This document shows, piece after piece, positions 42,453 to 55,445 of a DNA stretch of 64,000 nt; positions within the stretch are counted from its first letter, which is position 1, and every line of letters begins with the position of its first letter. The stretch spans positions 62,744,001 through 62,808,000 of the forward strand of contig CM060731.1 in assembly GCA_030704615.1 (NCBI GenBank). Direction: 5' to 3'. Under the pieces are notes generated by a model, which saw only the letters and a list, made by a program, of their open reading frames with translations, was not told the DNA's origin and did no database searches. The stretch comes from Takakia lepidozioides. Its lineage: Eukaryota > Plantae > Bryophyta. The translations under genes and the position numbers were made by a program.

Positions 42453-42635
42453 TTTATTGGCTCTCTTGTAGAGAAAGACTTTGCGGAGACATGCAAGCCC
42501 ATGAATAAAATGTGGTCAAAGTACCTTATCAAGGCGCTAATTGGTGTGTTGTGCTGAGTCATGCTCCCTAGTCTTACCTTCCTCTTATGTTGTGCCAAAG
42601 CAAAGCAAGAGAGCCAATTGTCATTTGAGGCTTGT
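42453..42635 (+). repeat. Dispersed direct repeat, partner of 56925-57100
   Basis: Shared TTGGCTCTCTTGTAG...ATTGGTGTGTTGTGC.GAGTCATGC...ACCTTCCTCTTATGTT.TGCCAAAGCAA...GGCTTGT. Confidence 0.85.
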
Positions 42636-42779
42636 TTTATTTAATTTGATTGAAAGGGCCTCTGTCCCCCTTTTTTTCTTTTTCTTTTTTTTAAGAAAAA
42701 AATACAAAGGGGAAGAAGCCTTGTACATCATATTAATAGGGGTGTCCTGGAAAAAATAACCAGGACAGAGGGCCATGAG

Positions 42780-44697
42780 GCTTACATCTTGGTAGATTGG
42801 ATAACACCCTAACGGGCCACCGAGGGCAGGCTACAACACTAGATCCCAGGGGCCCTGATAAAATCAATGAGCCAAGCTCCTAGAGTTCAGAAGAGTAAGA
42901 CTAAATCTTAGAAAATCACTAAAAGCTTGCAATGAACCAACCACTAAGCCAACACAAGGCCAACAGGGGCAAGTTACCCCATAAACCAGGGGCTATGAAG
43001 AGACAGCCGAATTCCTGGGGATGAGGAGCAGGTTTGCAGCAAAACAGGTCCAAGAAGGAAAGCCCATTTTCCCAGACGTTAGCAATGTGAGATAGCCCTT
43101 TGGATTCCCAAGTTGACCATTTTTTGCTCAAGGTGGTTAGAGGCTCATGACTCAGATTGGGATTTCCAAACACGGGCTGACGCACAGCCTCCTCAAAGCA
43201 AGAGGCCCTGGTTTGCTTAAGATAAGGCCTCATGGAGTTCCAGGCGAACTAGCCCCCACTTTTAGATTTAGCAGGCCCTGGACCATCCACTTCAGAGATG
43301 GGGACCATGAAGTAGAGCTGGATGGCAAAGCGTAAACCAGAGCTCTCTCACTAACATGTGCACCAGGGGCTATCTCCAAAACGAAGAGTCCTAGGAATCC
43401 ACTTAGCGAGCATGGCTGAAATTTGAAGAGAAGGGTCTATTAGCCTGAGGCCTCCCTCTTTTTGAGGCCTGCATAACTGAGCCCAAGAGACCAACGCGCT
43501 CTTGGTAGGGGCAGAGGGGGAGGCCCCCCACATGAAGTTGTGCATCATAGATTTTATTTTTGCTATGACCTTCGATCCTAGGGACCAGACAGAAGCTGCG
43601 AACCAAATCGAGGCAAGCAGAATTTGATTAAGAACTAGTGCCCTACCTGCGATGGAGAGCATGGCAGAGCTCCAGTAAGCCTGTTATGAAGTTTGTGCAG
43701 AATGGGCTCATATCTTTGCTCTTCCGTTAGGCCAATCCCCACTTGGAAGCCTAGGAGCGTGTGCGCAGATCCTGGGTGAAGCCATATGAGACCCCAACTC
43801 TGCCCCCATAGAGGGTCATGGCTCTTGGAGGCGTTTGGAAGCAGCTCGGTGAGAAGCCCAACTGATTTATTCCAGTTCACTTTGAGGCCTGAAGCAGAGC
43901 AGAAGAGTTGGAGAGCTTCGCAAGCTCTAGTGATATTGGCAGGGCTCTCATTGTTCAGAAGCAGAGTCGTATCGTCAACATACATAGACAGTTTAATAGA
44001 CGAGTCCTGAGAAACCTTCAGACCCACTATGTCTTGTCTAGAAGCAAGATAATGCCCTAGAGCGTCTACTGCAATTAGGAACAGGTAAGGGGCCAAGGGG
44101 CATCCCTGTCTAACAGACCTGTAAAGAGCAAATGGTTTTGGTATGGCTCCGGTAACAGAAACCATGCTAGACGCTGAGCTGAGGAGAAGCCTTATACTCC
44201 TGCAAGAATATGATAGAGTTATTTGGCAGAAGCAAGGCAACCCAACGCTTGCGTCTAGATATTTTGGGGGCAGACCCTATCCCCCTTATGTTCCAAGATC
44301 TAACGTTAAAAAATATCAGCAGGGACGAAATGATGGCCCAGAGGAGGAGAAAGTGAAGACAGTTCTTCTGTCGTGGGGAGGGAGGCAGGAAACCCAAGAG
44401 AGGCCAGGAGGAGGGGAGGGGGTTGAAGAGAGCTCAATAATCCCTACCTGGATGTTTCCTTTCTTTTTCACTGGCTGGCCCTCTACCATATCAACAAATT
44501 GCTTTTTTGCTTCTGGTAATGATGTAGGTATCACAAATGATATTCTTAAACCCAGATCACAAGCAAAGTGCAGCAAGAAATTATTTGATAGGCAGTTCAA
44601 ATCGGGGCCTAAAGATAGATGAGGAAGCAACTTGTCATTGAAGTTCAAAGGAGCAAGGACCTGACATCTGCGTTTTTGATTGGAGGCAAAACAGCAG
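42780..44697 (-). mobile_element. Decayed L1-clade LINE (ORF1 end, endonuclease start, RT C-half)
   Basis: APE start SWNIRGIG...IIFLQEYK (44167-44300). RT motifs RSVRQGCPLAPYLF, YVDDT and FCSASGLKVNWNKS, then LSIAGRALVLNQIL and LCRPQKEGGL. Frameshifted. Confidence 0.92.
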
Positions 44698-44706
44698 ATA
44701 AACGGG

Positions 44707-45015
44707 GCCTCTCATTTTAAGATAATAGGGTCTTCAATGGGCACGTGCGATGTGGCCGGTGGGCCCCGTGCACGGACGCCCGGCTCCCCAGCACCCCACC
44801 CGCCGCTGCGTGCGGTCGCCCAGTCGCGGGCGCAGCTGCAGCAACCGCGCCCGCACCCCCGTCCGCCGCGCGGCCAGTCCCCCGCCCATGAGTCCGCTGC
44901 CCTCCAGTCCGCCAGTCCGCTGCTGGCCAGTCCCCTGCCATCCAGTCCGATGACGGCGCAGGATCGCCACCGTCCATTCCCATAACCCATCCGAGCCCTC
45001 CATTTTTAGGGCTGC
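44707..45015 (+). repeat. Left TIR of MULE (309 bp)
   Basis: Reverse complement of 56120-56509 apart from an internal repeat expansion in the right TIR. Confidence 0.95.
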
Positions 45016-45159
45016 AATTCAAACCTGCATTCCTGCCGCCTGCCACTTGTCAGCAGCCGCGAACGTGCGCACTGTTCTCCTGGCACGTTGTCGATCGTGT
45101 CTTGTACTGCGGCGCGTTTCTTGCATGTTCAGAAGCGTGTCCTTTGTACTGTATAGGGC

Positions 45160-47697
45160 ATGGACGTGGAAGCAAAACCCGATGATATACTAATCACGGA
45201 AAGCCCGCTTATACGGCCTCTTCGACAATGTTTGCAAACAGCAAAACCAAGACCCTTCAACAGGAAGGATCTACATTGGAAGAGTGAGACGCAATATGGG
45301 TTTATGGGTGTGCGGGTGAATGTTGAAAATGTCTACATACCTTGGGATAGAGTTGGTGACTTCGTCCTGGGAGAGGAGAGTTTGGAGGACTACCCCACTC
45401 AGTTTTGGGTGAATGTCCATTCTAAAGTGGAACCCGGCTCGCGAAAAGCACCCAGAGCCAACACATTTCTGTCCAGTATTATGTGTGCACCATCCTCAGT
45501 CCTTTTGACGTTTCATTGCATGTCTGTTGCCATTTTTTGTTTCACGAGTTCTCTGATTTTATGCTTCCTCAAGTCGTTGGATATCGATTATAGAATTTTA
45601 TGTCCAGGTATCAATGCTGCTACGGTCCTGATAACAAGCGCACCAACAAAGCAATAGTGGAGAATCCAAAACAGAAGCGTGGAGGACCTCTTGTGGGTGC
45701 TGGAACATCTTGCCCTCATAAAGGCCCAAAGAGAAAGAAGTCGGAGTATGGAGAGTCTTACAAACGTGGTTGCCAATGCTGTTTCAAGGTCCAGCAATGC
45801 TATCTCGCCCCTGACATCTGTGTCCTCACGTACTACAACAACATGGAGCATACAGATGCGCAAGGGAAACCCTCGCATGGGAAGTCTGCAGAGTTCAGGA
45901 ACACCCGCCACGCCTATGCACCACACATTAGTGAGGAATTGAAAGCCTGGGTCGTCGAGTGTTTGTGCCGAGGCCTGTCGGTCGCCCAAATCATGATGGA
46001 GCATAAAGAGCACGTGATGAACAACACCGGCTTGGGCGATGCATGGACCCGCGATGATTTCTTGTTGGAGCAAGATGTTCGCAACCTTGCCGAGAAACGT
46101 GCGTGGCAAACCTTCAAAAAGCACGCCGATGATGCAGAGAGTGTGCGCATGTGGAGAGACCATAATCCCGCGTCCGTTTTTTTCTATCAAGAGGAGAAAT
46201 TAGAGCCAACATTCGAGCATTTTGATGGAGATTTGACATTCACTATTGGCATACAGACTCCGTGGCAGAAACGACGAATGCTGGAACTAGGACATGACCG
46301 TATCGTTGCATGTGATGCAACCTTTGGGACAAATCATGACAAGGTACTATTCGAACGATTCCATAGACTTGTACGAGCATGATAGCATAGTACCATGCAA
46401 CATTCACATAATATTTGGTGTGCTGACCCTTTCTGTATGTTTAAGGTTGTGTACGTTGCGGAAGACCGAGAGGCAGACCCATTGTGAACCGCTACAGACC
46501 TCATCACTCTTATGAAGTCTTCTCGTGCAGAACTGAGCAGAATTTGCATGCTCTGACCATCTTACATTGTGCATTCCAACAGTTCCCATTGTACACGTTG
46601 ATGGTCTTCGACGAGTGGTTGAACGGTATACCAGTTGCCTATATCCTATCCGCGAGGAATCGGACAAGAGACCTGGTTCCATGGATGAGAGTCTTGCGCG
46701 ATTCACTCCTCGCAGATTTGCCGAGCTGGCGACCCAATGCCTTCATTGTGGACGATGCCGAAGCAGAAATCAACGTTATTCGGTAAGTCTGTTGAAGGCA
46801 AGACTTGCCATGGGGAAAGGCAAGATGAGTGGTCGTAGAGTGGACTGGCTTATATGGGAACTCACTGGCCGTGTGCTAACACACTACTGGTACGCAATCC
46901 ATTTGAAGACCCACGGGTTCATAAGAAATGACAAACACGAAAAGTACATATCCAGTTCTATACTTGCGGCACGAGACATTCCTGCTGAGAGTGTTACTCT
47001 TCCCTTGGGTCCTGGTGAACCAGCCTACGTTCTCAGCAGCAACCACCCCGGCACAACATACATTGTTTACAATCCTGATTGCGATTGGGGTTGTTGCACG
47101 TGCCCATGGGCAATGAAGGGAAATTTATGCAAGCATCAGGTCCGTGTCCTGAAGATGCTTCACCCTGACCTGCAAGATGGCCTCCTTGTGCGCGCTTGTG
47201 GCACGGCGCTGGGAACCACTCATGGAGGATTACCTAACTTGCTCTTGGGCAATGGTGCCGGTGGCATCGACGAATCCAATCAGTTCATGGAAAGACATCC
47301 TCCGGACGACTTCCCCTACGACGAGGCACCTCTGCAGGTCTCAGCCTCATTGGAACAAGAATTCACGGACATACTTTGCAATGTAGGTGATGACAAATAC
47401 CTGGAGGCACATGCTCGATCTGCTCTTCATATGTGCAGAGGGCAGCTCGTTGATATCCTGGCAAAAAGTGCGGCTGGAATGTTGCACCCTGCGGCAACGA
47501 AGGCTTTCCGTCCTCTGAACGACAACAACAACATGTCTCTGAAAAGGAGACGAGATTTCGTGGAGGCCTGGAAAACCCGGCCTAGGGTTTTGCGGAGAAC
47601 CGGCAAGAGGGTGTCTGCACCTGCACCTGCAGCACATATATACTCGAAAATTTGCAAGGTTTCAGGTCGTGTAGATGTCACGAAGAAGACAATATAA
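45160..47697 (+). pseudogene. MULE transposase with SWIM zinc finger, internally deleted; exons 45160-45482, 45608-46343, 46583-46782, remainder from about 46787
   Basis: KRGCQCCF...H zinc motif, catalytic DATFGTN and FIVDDAEAE, SWIM CTCPWAMKGNLCKH. The CxxH and third catalytic E region is missing. Confidence 0.9.
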
Positions 47698-47840
47698 GTC
47701 TGCAATGCCTCGAAAACAGACAAAGTTTCACGTCGTGTAGGTGTCACGGAGAAGACAATATAAGTCTGCAATTCCTCGAAAAAAGACAAGGTTTCATGTC
47801 GTGTAGGTGTCACGAAGAAGACAATATAAGTCTGCAATTT
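47648..47840 (+). repeat. 66-bp tandem repeat x3 at the transposase 3' end
   Basis: GTTTCA.GTCGTGTAG.TGTCACG.AGAAGACAATATAAGTCTGCAAT repeated, giving a 22-aa periodicity in overlapping ORFs. Confidence 0.9.
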
Positions 47841-48345
47841 CTTCTGGTAGCATTGTCCCTTTCTGAAATACAAGTCCGCAATGGACTAATGCATAGTCTC
47901 CCAACGGACTCCTCCAGTCTCCCAACTGACTCCCACACAGTCTCCCAAGCATAGTCTCCCAACGGACTCACGCACAATCTCCCAACAGAGTCACAGTCAA
48001 CAGACTGCGAGCGCCAGTAAGCCAGTCTGCTGGTCAGTTTGCTGCCCACTCCAAAAGTATGCTCACCACACTTCCACCTCATCCCTGCAACTTATGCCAA
48101 TCCAGCGTCCTAGCAGACTCATGGACATGGTGCCTCCCAGACTAGGTACCAGACCCAGCAGTCCTAGCCTCGGTAGCATACTGCTCGCACATTCAAGCTC
48201 AGCGGACTCGGGTGCACAGTGCATGGAAAAATTGACACCATTGTGTCCATTGAGTTTAGTGACAACATTACAAAACATGCCAGCACCCACAGTACACAAA
48301 AATGCTCATCACCACTGGAATAGTACGCGAAAAGACTCGCATTTT

Positions 48346-51300
48346 TTATTTCGGTACATAGACTTCACATGACAAGTACATCATACTCATGAGAGCAGTT
48401 TCTCTACATTGTCCAACCCCCGCACGATATACTGGGCACACTGCATTCGCTGCCCAAGTGCAAACTTGAAAGTAACCAGTCCTTCGTGAAAGGTGTTCCT
48501 CTCTCTGGCTTTGCAGTCTTGGAGACATTTGCTCTGACTTTTATCCACTCATAAAACACTTGAATGAATGACATGACATAAAAGCCATACTCCCAGCTGA
48601 ATGGTTGCTGAGGCACATCAGGCGCGTGGAACTGAAATGCTTGGACAATCTCATACCACTCTGGTGAGTCCATCGAGTACCCTAAGCACTGCGCATGAAG
48701 CTTCCGAATCCACCCTAGAACAAAGGGACATTTATGCAAGTCCCTGATAGAGTTCAGGTGAGTGTAACAGCCCTTGCGGAGGTCGATGATACAAACACTC
48801 CAGTGCCCCCTGTAATGGTATCAAACAACATGGCGTCATTGCACAATCATGATGGGCAGACTCAGCAGACCGACCACTCAGCAGACTCAGCACTCAACAG
48901 ACTCAATCTTCAAACCCAGTCCACTGCACAAATACAGCGGTCAACTTAATCGCTCAGAGTCAAGACGACACTGCAAAACCAGACTATGACTCAGGAGACG
49001 GTCTCAGCAGACTCAGAAGAGTTCTTACTCGTCCCCAATTGGCACCAAAATGAAATCGCACTCTTTCAAGTCCTTGCCCAGTCATTCAGTACTGAGGCAA
49101 CCTTTCAAGACCTCCAGAAGGCTTTCATGTTGCCCCACCCCCAATGACTTCAACACCGTCCACGTCGACGTTGGAAGAACATCAATAGTGTTGATGAACG
49201 CAGCCTCAACCGACTTCTCATAGAATCGACACCACAGCTCCAGGAGTCTATCTATGCACTCCGACTCAACCTTCTGGACCGCCTTTATGTCATCCGGTGA
49301 TAGTCCGCATTCAAACCGTGGGTCCTCTTCAAAAAACATCAGCATGGAATTACCTACCTTCACGTGCAGAGCATGTGCTTTGCCAAACCGAGCACCCATC
49401 CTGCACAGAGCAGACCATCCTTCGGGAAGCCTCATGTACTGAACAGACTGACGTCAACATGGTACCAAACACTCTACAGGCTGAACAATTCATCAGACTG
49501 ACAAGACTAACCACAACAGACAATGATGAAACCAGCAGCAAACTGACCAGCGTGCAGACTGACCACAACAGAGCGCAAAGCACTTAACGACAAAGACAGA
49601 CAAGGAGACTGAGCACAGTACTCACCTGTGCTACTCCAGGAAACGACCCACATCTTTGTCCATGTCCAAGGCCAGCTTGCGGTTCTTGTTCATAAAGACG
49701 TCAGACTTTTTCTTCGCCGGTCTCTTGGTACTTGGACCCTCCTCGACCTCCTCAGCATGGTCCATGACAGTCCGCTTCTTGGCTTTGCCTCTCCCCTGGG
49801 AAGCAGGGGCAGCTGTAGGCGGGCTGGATAGAGCAGACAAACGCAGCGCTCCGCCCTACTTTGCAACAGAGGCTGGTCAGCAGGTTTGTTTACACTTGTT
49901 GGACCTGTCTTTGCAGCTTCGTGGGTTGCATGCGTAGAACTGACCCGCGCATCGAGGGGCGTGCTCACCCCCACACATTTCTTGGCTGTTGATCCCACGT
50001 TTGCAGCATGGGCGGAAGATGTCATGTCCTCAGAAGTAGACAGTTTGCCGACGGAGGGACAAACATCCTGTGAGGATACCGAGCAAAATGTTGAATTAGT
50101 CCAATTTCACAATGTGCTAAAACATAAACAACAGTGTTGAAAGAGGAAATGGCACAACCTGCCCAAGGGGTGAGGGAGCAGACTCCATGTAATCCAGCAC
50201 TATACCAGACGGTGTCTGCGCCGCATGTGGTTCCTTGTCAGTGTGCCTGCCAGCATGTTCAGTCTGTTGCTCAATGTGGGCAGTCTGCTCGGCCGCCGGT
50301 TCTTCGTCTGTGAACTGTGCAGTCTGCTGGCAACTCTGTGGTTCAGTCTCTTCCTCAATGTGGGCAATGTGCTCGGTGGCAGGTTGGTCGTCAGTCCTTC
50401 CCTCTGTGAAGTGTGCAGTGTGCTGGTCAGGCCGTGCAATCTGAACTGTGCAATCAGAGCTGAGCTGTGCAGTCTGCCGCTCCGAGCCATCCTGGTCAGT
50501 CCTTCCATGTGTAACCTGTGCAGTCTGCTGGTTAGTCTACGGTTCAGTCTGCTCATCAATGAAGATAGTATGCTGCCCCGCCACACATTGCTTGGCAGTC
50601 CTTCCATGTGTCCACTGTTTAGTGTGCTGGTCAGTCTGGTGGACAGCCGGCTGGGCGTTCGGATCTCCATGGACTTGGGAAACATCAAGAACATGTATGG
50701 AAGACCCACCGGCAATTGCTTCCTCAGACTCTTCTGTAAGATCTATGATACGGTTTTGCGTTCCCAGATTGAGTTCGGTCATCACGTAGGACTCATCTAT
50801 GGCTTTCGCCACTGAGCGCACGAAAACCGGACTAACCTGGAAGGTCACAGAAGGCAGGCCACGGGGAGCTGGATAAAAATGCTTTACCGGTGACCTGATG
50901 ACGTCGTCAGTGAATGTGTCTGGGGGAAAAGTGGACTCGGTCAAAACACTCATACTGGCAGATCCAAAAACATGTTGTTGGGAACTCAGCAGAAATTCGT
51001 CCACAGGGTCCCGGTGAGGCCAGTGCATCTGAGTCTATTGCACAATCCAGGGAATAGACTGGCTGTTAGTCTCCTGGATAGTCTGTTCGGCCATCTGCTG
51101 AGTAGGTTTGCCAGTGTGCTGCACAGTCTGCTGAGGAGCAATCTGCTGGCTGGATTCGTCGGTCTGCTGCACGGTCTGCTGAGGGGCAATCTGCTGGCTG
51201 GATTTGTCGGTCTGCTGCATGGTCTGCTGTACAGTTTGCTGAGAGGCAGTCTGGTGGCCATGTTCGCTGGTCTGCTGCACAGTCGGATGAGGGGCAGTCT

Positions 51301-54167
51301 GTCGGCCGGTCTGTTCTCCGGTCTGCTGCAAAGTCTGCAAAGTCCGCTGCCCGCTCAGTACTGTTTGAACATATTGAGTATGTGTGTGCGGGGCACTCTG
51401 CTGGGAGTAATCCGGCCTATTACCCGGGACGGTCTGGTGCACATGCTCGGTCTCCAGCACTTGGGCAGTCTGCCCACATGTGTCGTGGGGAATATATTGT
51501 TCGACATTCTTGTGGCCAGTCTGCTGGACAGTCTCCCGAACTCCTTGTAAAGCCAGAACAAGGTCCCTTGCACCTCTGACAAAAGAGTCGAAAGCAGCCT
51601 GCACTTGCTTGTCTCCCAGATCAACTCGCCCTACAACACATGTTTATGCAAATGTGAACTTGTAAAAACGTTGGCAAAAGAAATTGAGTTGAAACACGAA
51701 AGTTGCCCATAACATTTTACCTTCCAAGACATTTCCGACGAGGCCAATGTCCTTGATTTGCCGGCACAGGCATGCTCCATCGAGATGAGCAATGGCGCCG
51801 ATGCGGTCTTCAGTTGGGATCCCACACCACAGGACTTTGAAAACATTGGGATTCTGCAAAACAATGTCGAATACTGCTCGCTCCATCACCAATGCAAACC
51901 AGTGCAATGCCTCATCCACCACAAACTTCTGTGAATGGTCTGTTCCATGGAGTAAGTCCATCCTCAAACTATACAGATCCTTCATCAACTTGTTGTATGA
52001 GCGGAAATTGCCAAATTGCATCCATCTGTGTTGTAGGAAGGAAGCTGCCATGCGCTCAAAGTCCTCCTCAGTCAATCCGAACAAGTGATTTCTTTGCACC
52101 CCAAAAATTGGATGTGCCATAGGCATATGTCTGAGGTCTTCAGGCCGTGGGTCATCCATGAGAATCAGCTGCACAAGTAGAGGCGGCGCATTTTGGTTGC
52201 TTGTGGCTTCAATGGCAACAGCAGAGGCGAATTCTAGAACATGGTTGGCTTCCTCAATAGAAAACTCTATGGAATAATGAAAGGGTACAAATGACCACCG
52301 GCGGTCCGCAACGATCCGGTGGAGCTCATTATGCCAATCCAAATGGGGATTAATTTCTCCCACCCTAAGCCGGGGAAGTGTGAGGTCTTCAGCTCCGGGG
52401 CAAATTACCGGTGATGGCGATCGCCAAACTGCAAAAAACGTCGTGCTATGTGAGAGAAAGGCAGTCTGCTGGTCAGTCTGCTGGTCCGCAGTCTGTTGGA
52501 TGACAGGACTTCCCATTGGCATGGGCTGCATGATGGGCTCTTGGAGAGGAGTCTGCAGGATGACAGGCTGCTCGTTGGGAATCTGCTCTCTCGGAGTCTG
52601 CTGGATGACAGGCTGCTGAATGGGAGTTTGCTGGATGACGGCCTGCTGAATGGGAGTCTGCTGGATGGCAGACTCGGCTGTCCCAGACGCATTCCCCCCC
52701 GACGCGTCTTCAATATGTAATGCCGCTATAGCAGCAGATGACCCAGGATACTTCAATAATATGTACTCTCGCACGCGGTCCACTTCCGCACGCACTGCAG
52801 TCGCTTGTAAAGGAGCATCATTGCTAGGTTTCCGCCAAGCCTGAATGGCCCTACGAATATAAACACGTTCATCCTGGTACATGGCAGAGAACTTCGACGT
52901 CAGGAACATGGACGTGGACTCTATATTCACCTCATGCAGCGGACTGGACTCACAGACCAGCAGACTGTAATGTGCGTACGTAGGATGGAGGCAACTAGTA
53001 GACTATACCAGTGGACTGGACCAGCGAACTGACAAACGGACTCAATAAGTAATGCAGCGATATAAAACAGACTAACTGACGAGCGGACTGAGCCAGCGGA
53101 CTGAGGAGAGAACGTAGGGGACTGACCAGACTGAATAGGCAACGTGACCCTGATGATGGACTCAAACAGCACAGAGAACAGACTGGGCGGTCAGACTGAC
53201 CATTACCTCCTCTACTTCATCATCGTCATCTTCATCTTCAAAGCTGTTCAACCAGTTCTGTTCCGCCTGTCGGATTAATGTGCGTAGCAGACCTGACTGG
53301 GCAACTCTGTAGAAATAACGAAAGAAGTCTGGATCCCCAATTGGTGGGCACTCTGGTGGGAAAAGCCCAAAGTCAACGAGGCGCAATGTGCCAGGGCAGA
53401 CTGGCCCTTCAGTGCTCTGTTGAGTTTTTGGTTTTGACCCTAAACCGATGGCATGGGTCGCGATATTTGTGTGAGTCTGCTGCCGAGTCTGGTCAGGCAA
53501 GTCAATGTCCACTGGACTTGTCACCCCTTCCAGGCCCTGAGCAGATTCACTTTCAGTATCAGTACTGATGGTGTGGGTCTGCCGCCCAGGACGGGGTTCA
53601 GTCTGTTGTGTAGATTTTGCCCTTGCCTCGCGAGCAGACCTTGCAGCCTTCTCTTTTTTTTGCCTTTTTTTTTTTTTGGGCCCCATCACTCAGTTTACGT
53701 TTTCTGGGAGCGTCCAGCGTTCCCTGCACTTGCAAATCCTCCATTGACGGGCCACCACAATGGACGCCATACCGTGCGCGTACTTCGTCTAATTCCAAAG
53801 TGCGGGGGTCAAGCACTGATCCGCGCAAGCGCATTGTGGCCTCTTTGACAATCGACATTTCTTTCAGTATCGGCCAAGGCTTGAAATCCCGTGGAATCAT
53901 TGCAACAGTCTCCTTGCAACCCGTGTCAACACAATGCCGATTTAGTTGGATTTTGTCCTTGATTACCTCTTCACAGAAGGGACAGAAGAGCTTGTCCTTC
54001 TGCCAATTCGAGTTTTTGGGCTTCCGGGCGCGGAGGTCTACAAATGCTTCCACTATTTTATGATCAAACTCGTCTGGTGAGTACCAGTACCTTCGCTCCT
54101 TCTTCAGTCTGGTTTGGTGCACAAAATCCAACCAGTCCGCTCCACCTTTTTCATAAGCATCCTCCAT
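48346..54167 (-). pseudogene. MULE cargo gene(s): Cys/His zinc finger, unknown domain, QT-rich repeats and C-terminal Ulp1-like (C48) protease domain
   Basis: FCPFCEEVIKDKIQLNRHC near the start and a 428-aa exon at 51644-52930. The spliced C-terminus reads DFILVPIGDE|GHWSVCIIDL...HLNS...VPQQPFSWEYGFYVMSFI. Frameshift at poly-T about 53670 and in-frame TGA at 49082. Could be one gene or two. Confidence 0.8.
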
Positions 54168-54799
54168 CGCTGCAGAATGAAACGAATGTGCAAGGACAAT
54201 GAGCAATAGAGCGACAGATAGAAGTCCTATGAAAAGACTCACCCTAAGCAAGAAGAGGACACAGAATGGAATGGAAACACCGCAGCAAGTGAGAACCTCA
54301 CCGAGCCGATGAACTTCGAGTTGTTACGAAGGCGAGCGTGTTTGCAACGCTTCGTGGCTCACCGCGACTCTCCACACTTGGGGAAGAACGGTCGTCTTTC
54401 GTTATGGTGATGGAAACGCAAAGAGGAAAACAAAGTAGTGCAAAACTGTGCGAAGAAACAGGCGCGAAGAAACAGGCGCGAAGAAAATGGAGAAAGTAGA
54501 AGTAGAAGGGGGAAAGCGGGCATGGCACTCCCAACGTGGCGTGATTTCACAGGCGCCAACTATCCGCCGTCATCGCATTGAATACGTCCACCGAACGAAC
54601 GGATCGTACTAAATTCATCCACGCTTCTCGCAAGTGCAGCAGACTCATTTCCCATCGGGCCGAGAGTCCACCGGACCGCCAGTCCACCGGACTATTCACT
54701 TTGCTGAGGCGAAGCGGCTTCATATTGGAGGCACTTCCCTGCCAGCGGAATGAAGACAAAAGAGAGTAAGGGGAGAACAGGAAAGTCGAACACACCCAT

Positions 54800-55445
54800 T
54801 GCGAATAGACTAGTGACACAACAAACTGATGCATGCACAGTCCAACAGACTGATATCCATAGAGGAGAACCGTCCAGCAGACGGACGTTTCGCCAGACTG
54901 GCGGGAGAACAAGCCAAAAGACTGACCGGAGGGAAAATAAGAAGTCAAACAGACTTAGTGCAACAGACTTCCGACACAACAGACTGACAAATTCACAAGT
55001 GCAACAGACTGATAGCCCAACAGACGGACTTCCAGCAGACCGCCTCCAAACTAACTGTTATGCACGCGATAAGGGGAATATCCGGAGCACTGACGGGCCA
55101 ACGGACCCACTGTGAACAGACTCGCGACACAACAGACTGATGCATGCACAGTCCAACAGACTGATATCCATAGAAGAGAACTGTCCAGCAGACGGACGTT
55201 TCGCCAGACTGGCGGGAGAACAAGCCAAAAGACTGACCGGAGGGAAAATAAGAAGTCAAACAGACTTAGTGCAACAGACTTCCGACACAACAGACTGACA
55301 AATTCACAAGTGCAACAGACTGCTATCCCAACAGACGGACTTCCAGCAGACCGCCTCCAAACTGACTGTTATGCACGCGATAAGGGGAATATCCGGAGCA
55401 CTGACGGGCCAGCGGACCCACTATGAACAAACTTGCGACACAACG
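54800..55445 (+). repeat. 311-bp near-identical tandem repeat (2 units plus a partial) in the MULE subterminal region
   Basis: Units at about 54801-55111 and 55112-55422. Duplicate ORFs are offset by exactly 311 bp. Confidence 0.93.

Noticed and set aside
44680-45046. Multiple ORFs in the TIRs (also 56012-56524)
   Set aside because: Artefacts of GC-rich, stop-poor TIR sequence, mirrored in both TIRs.
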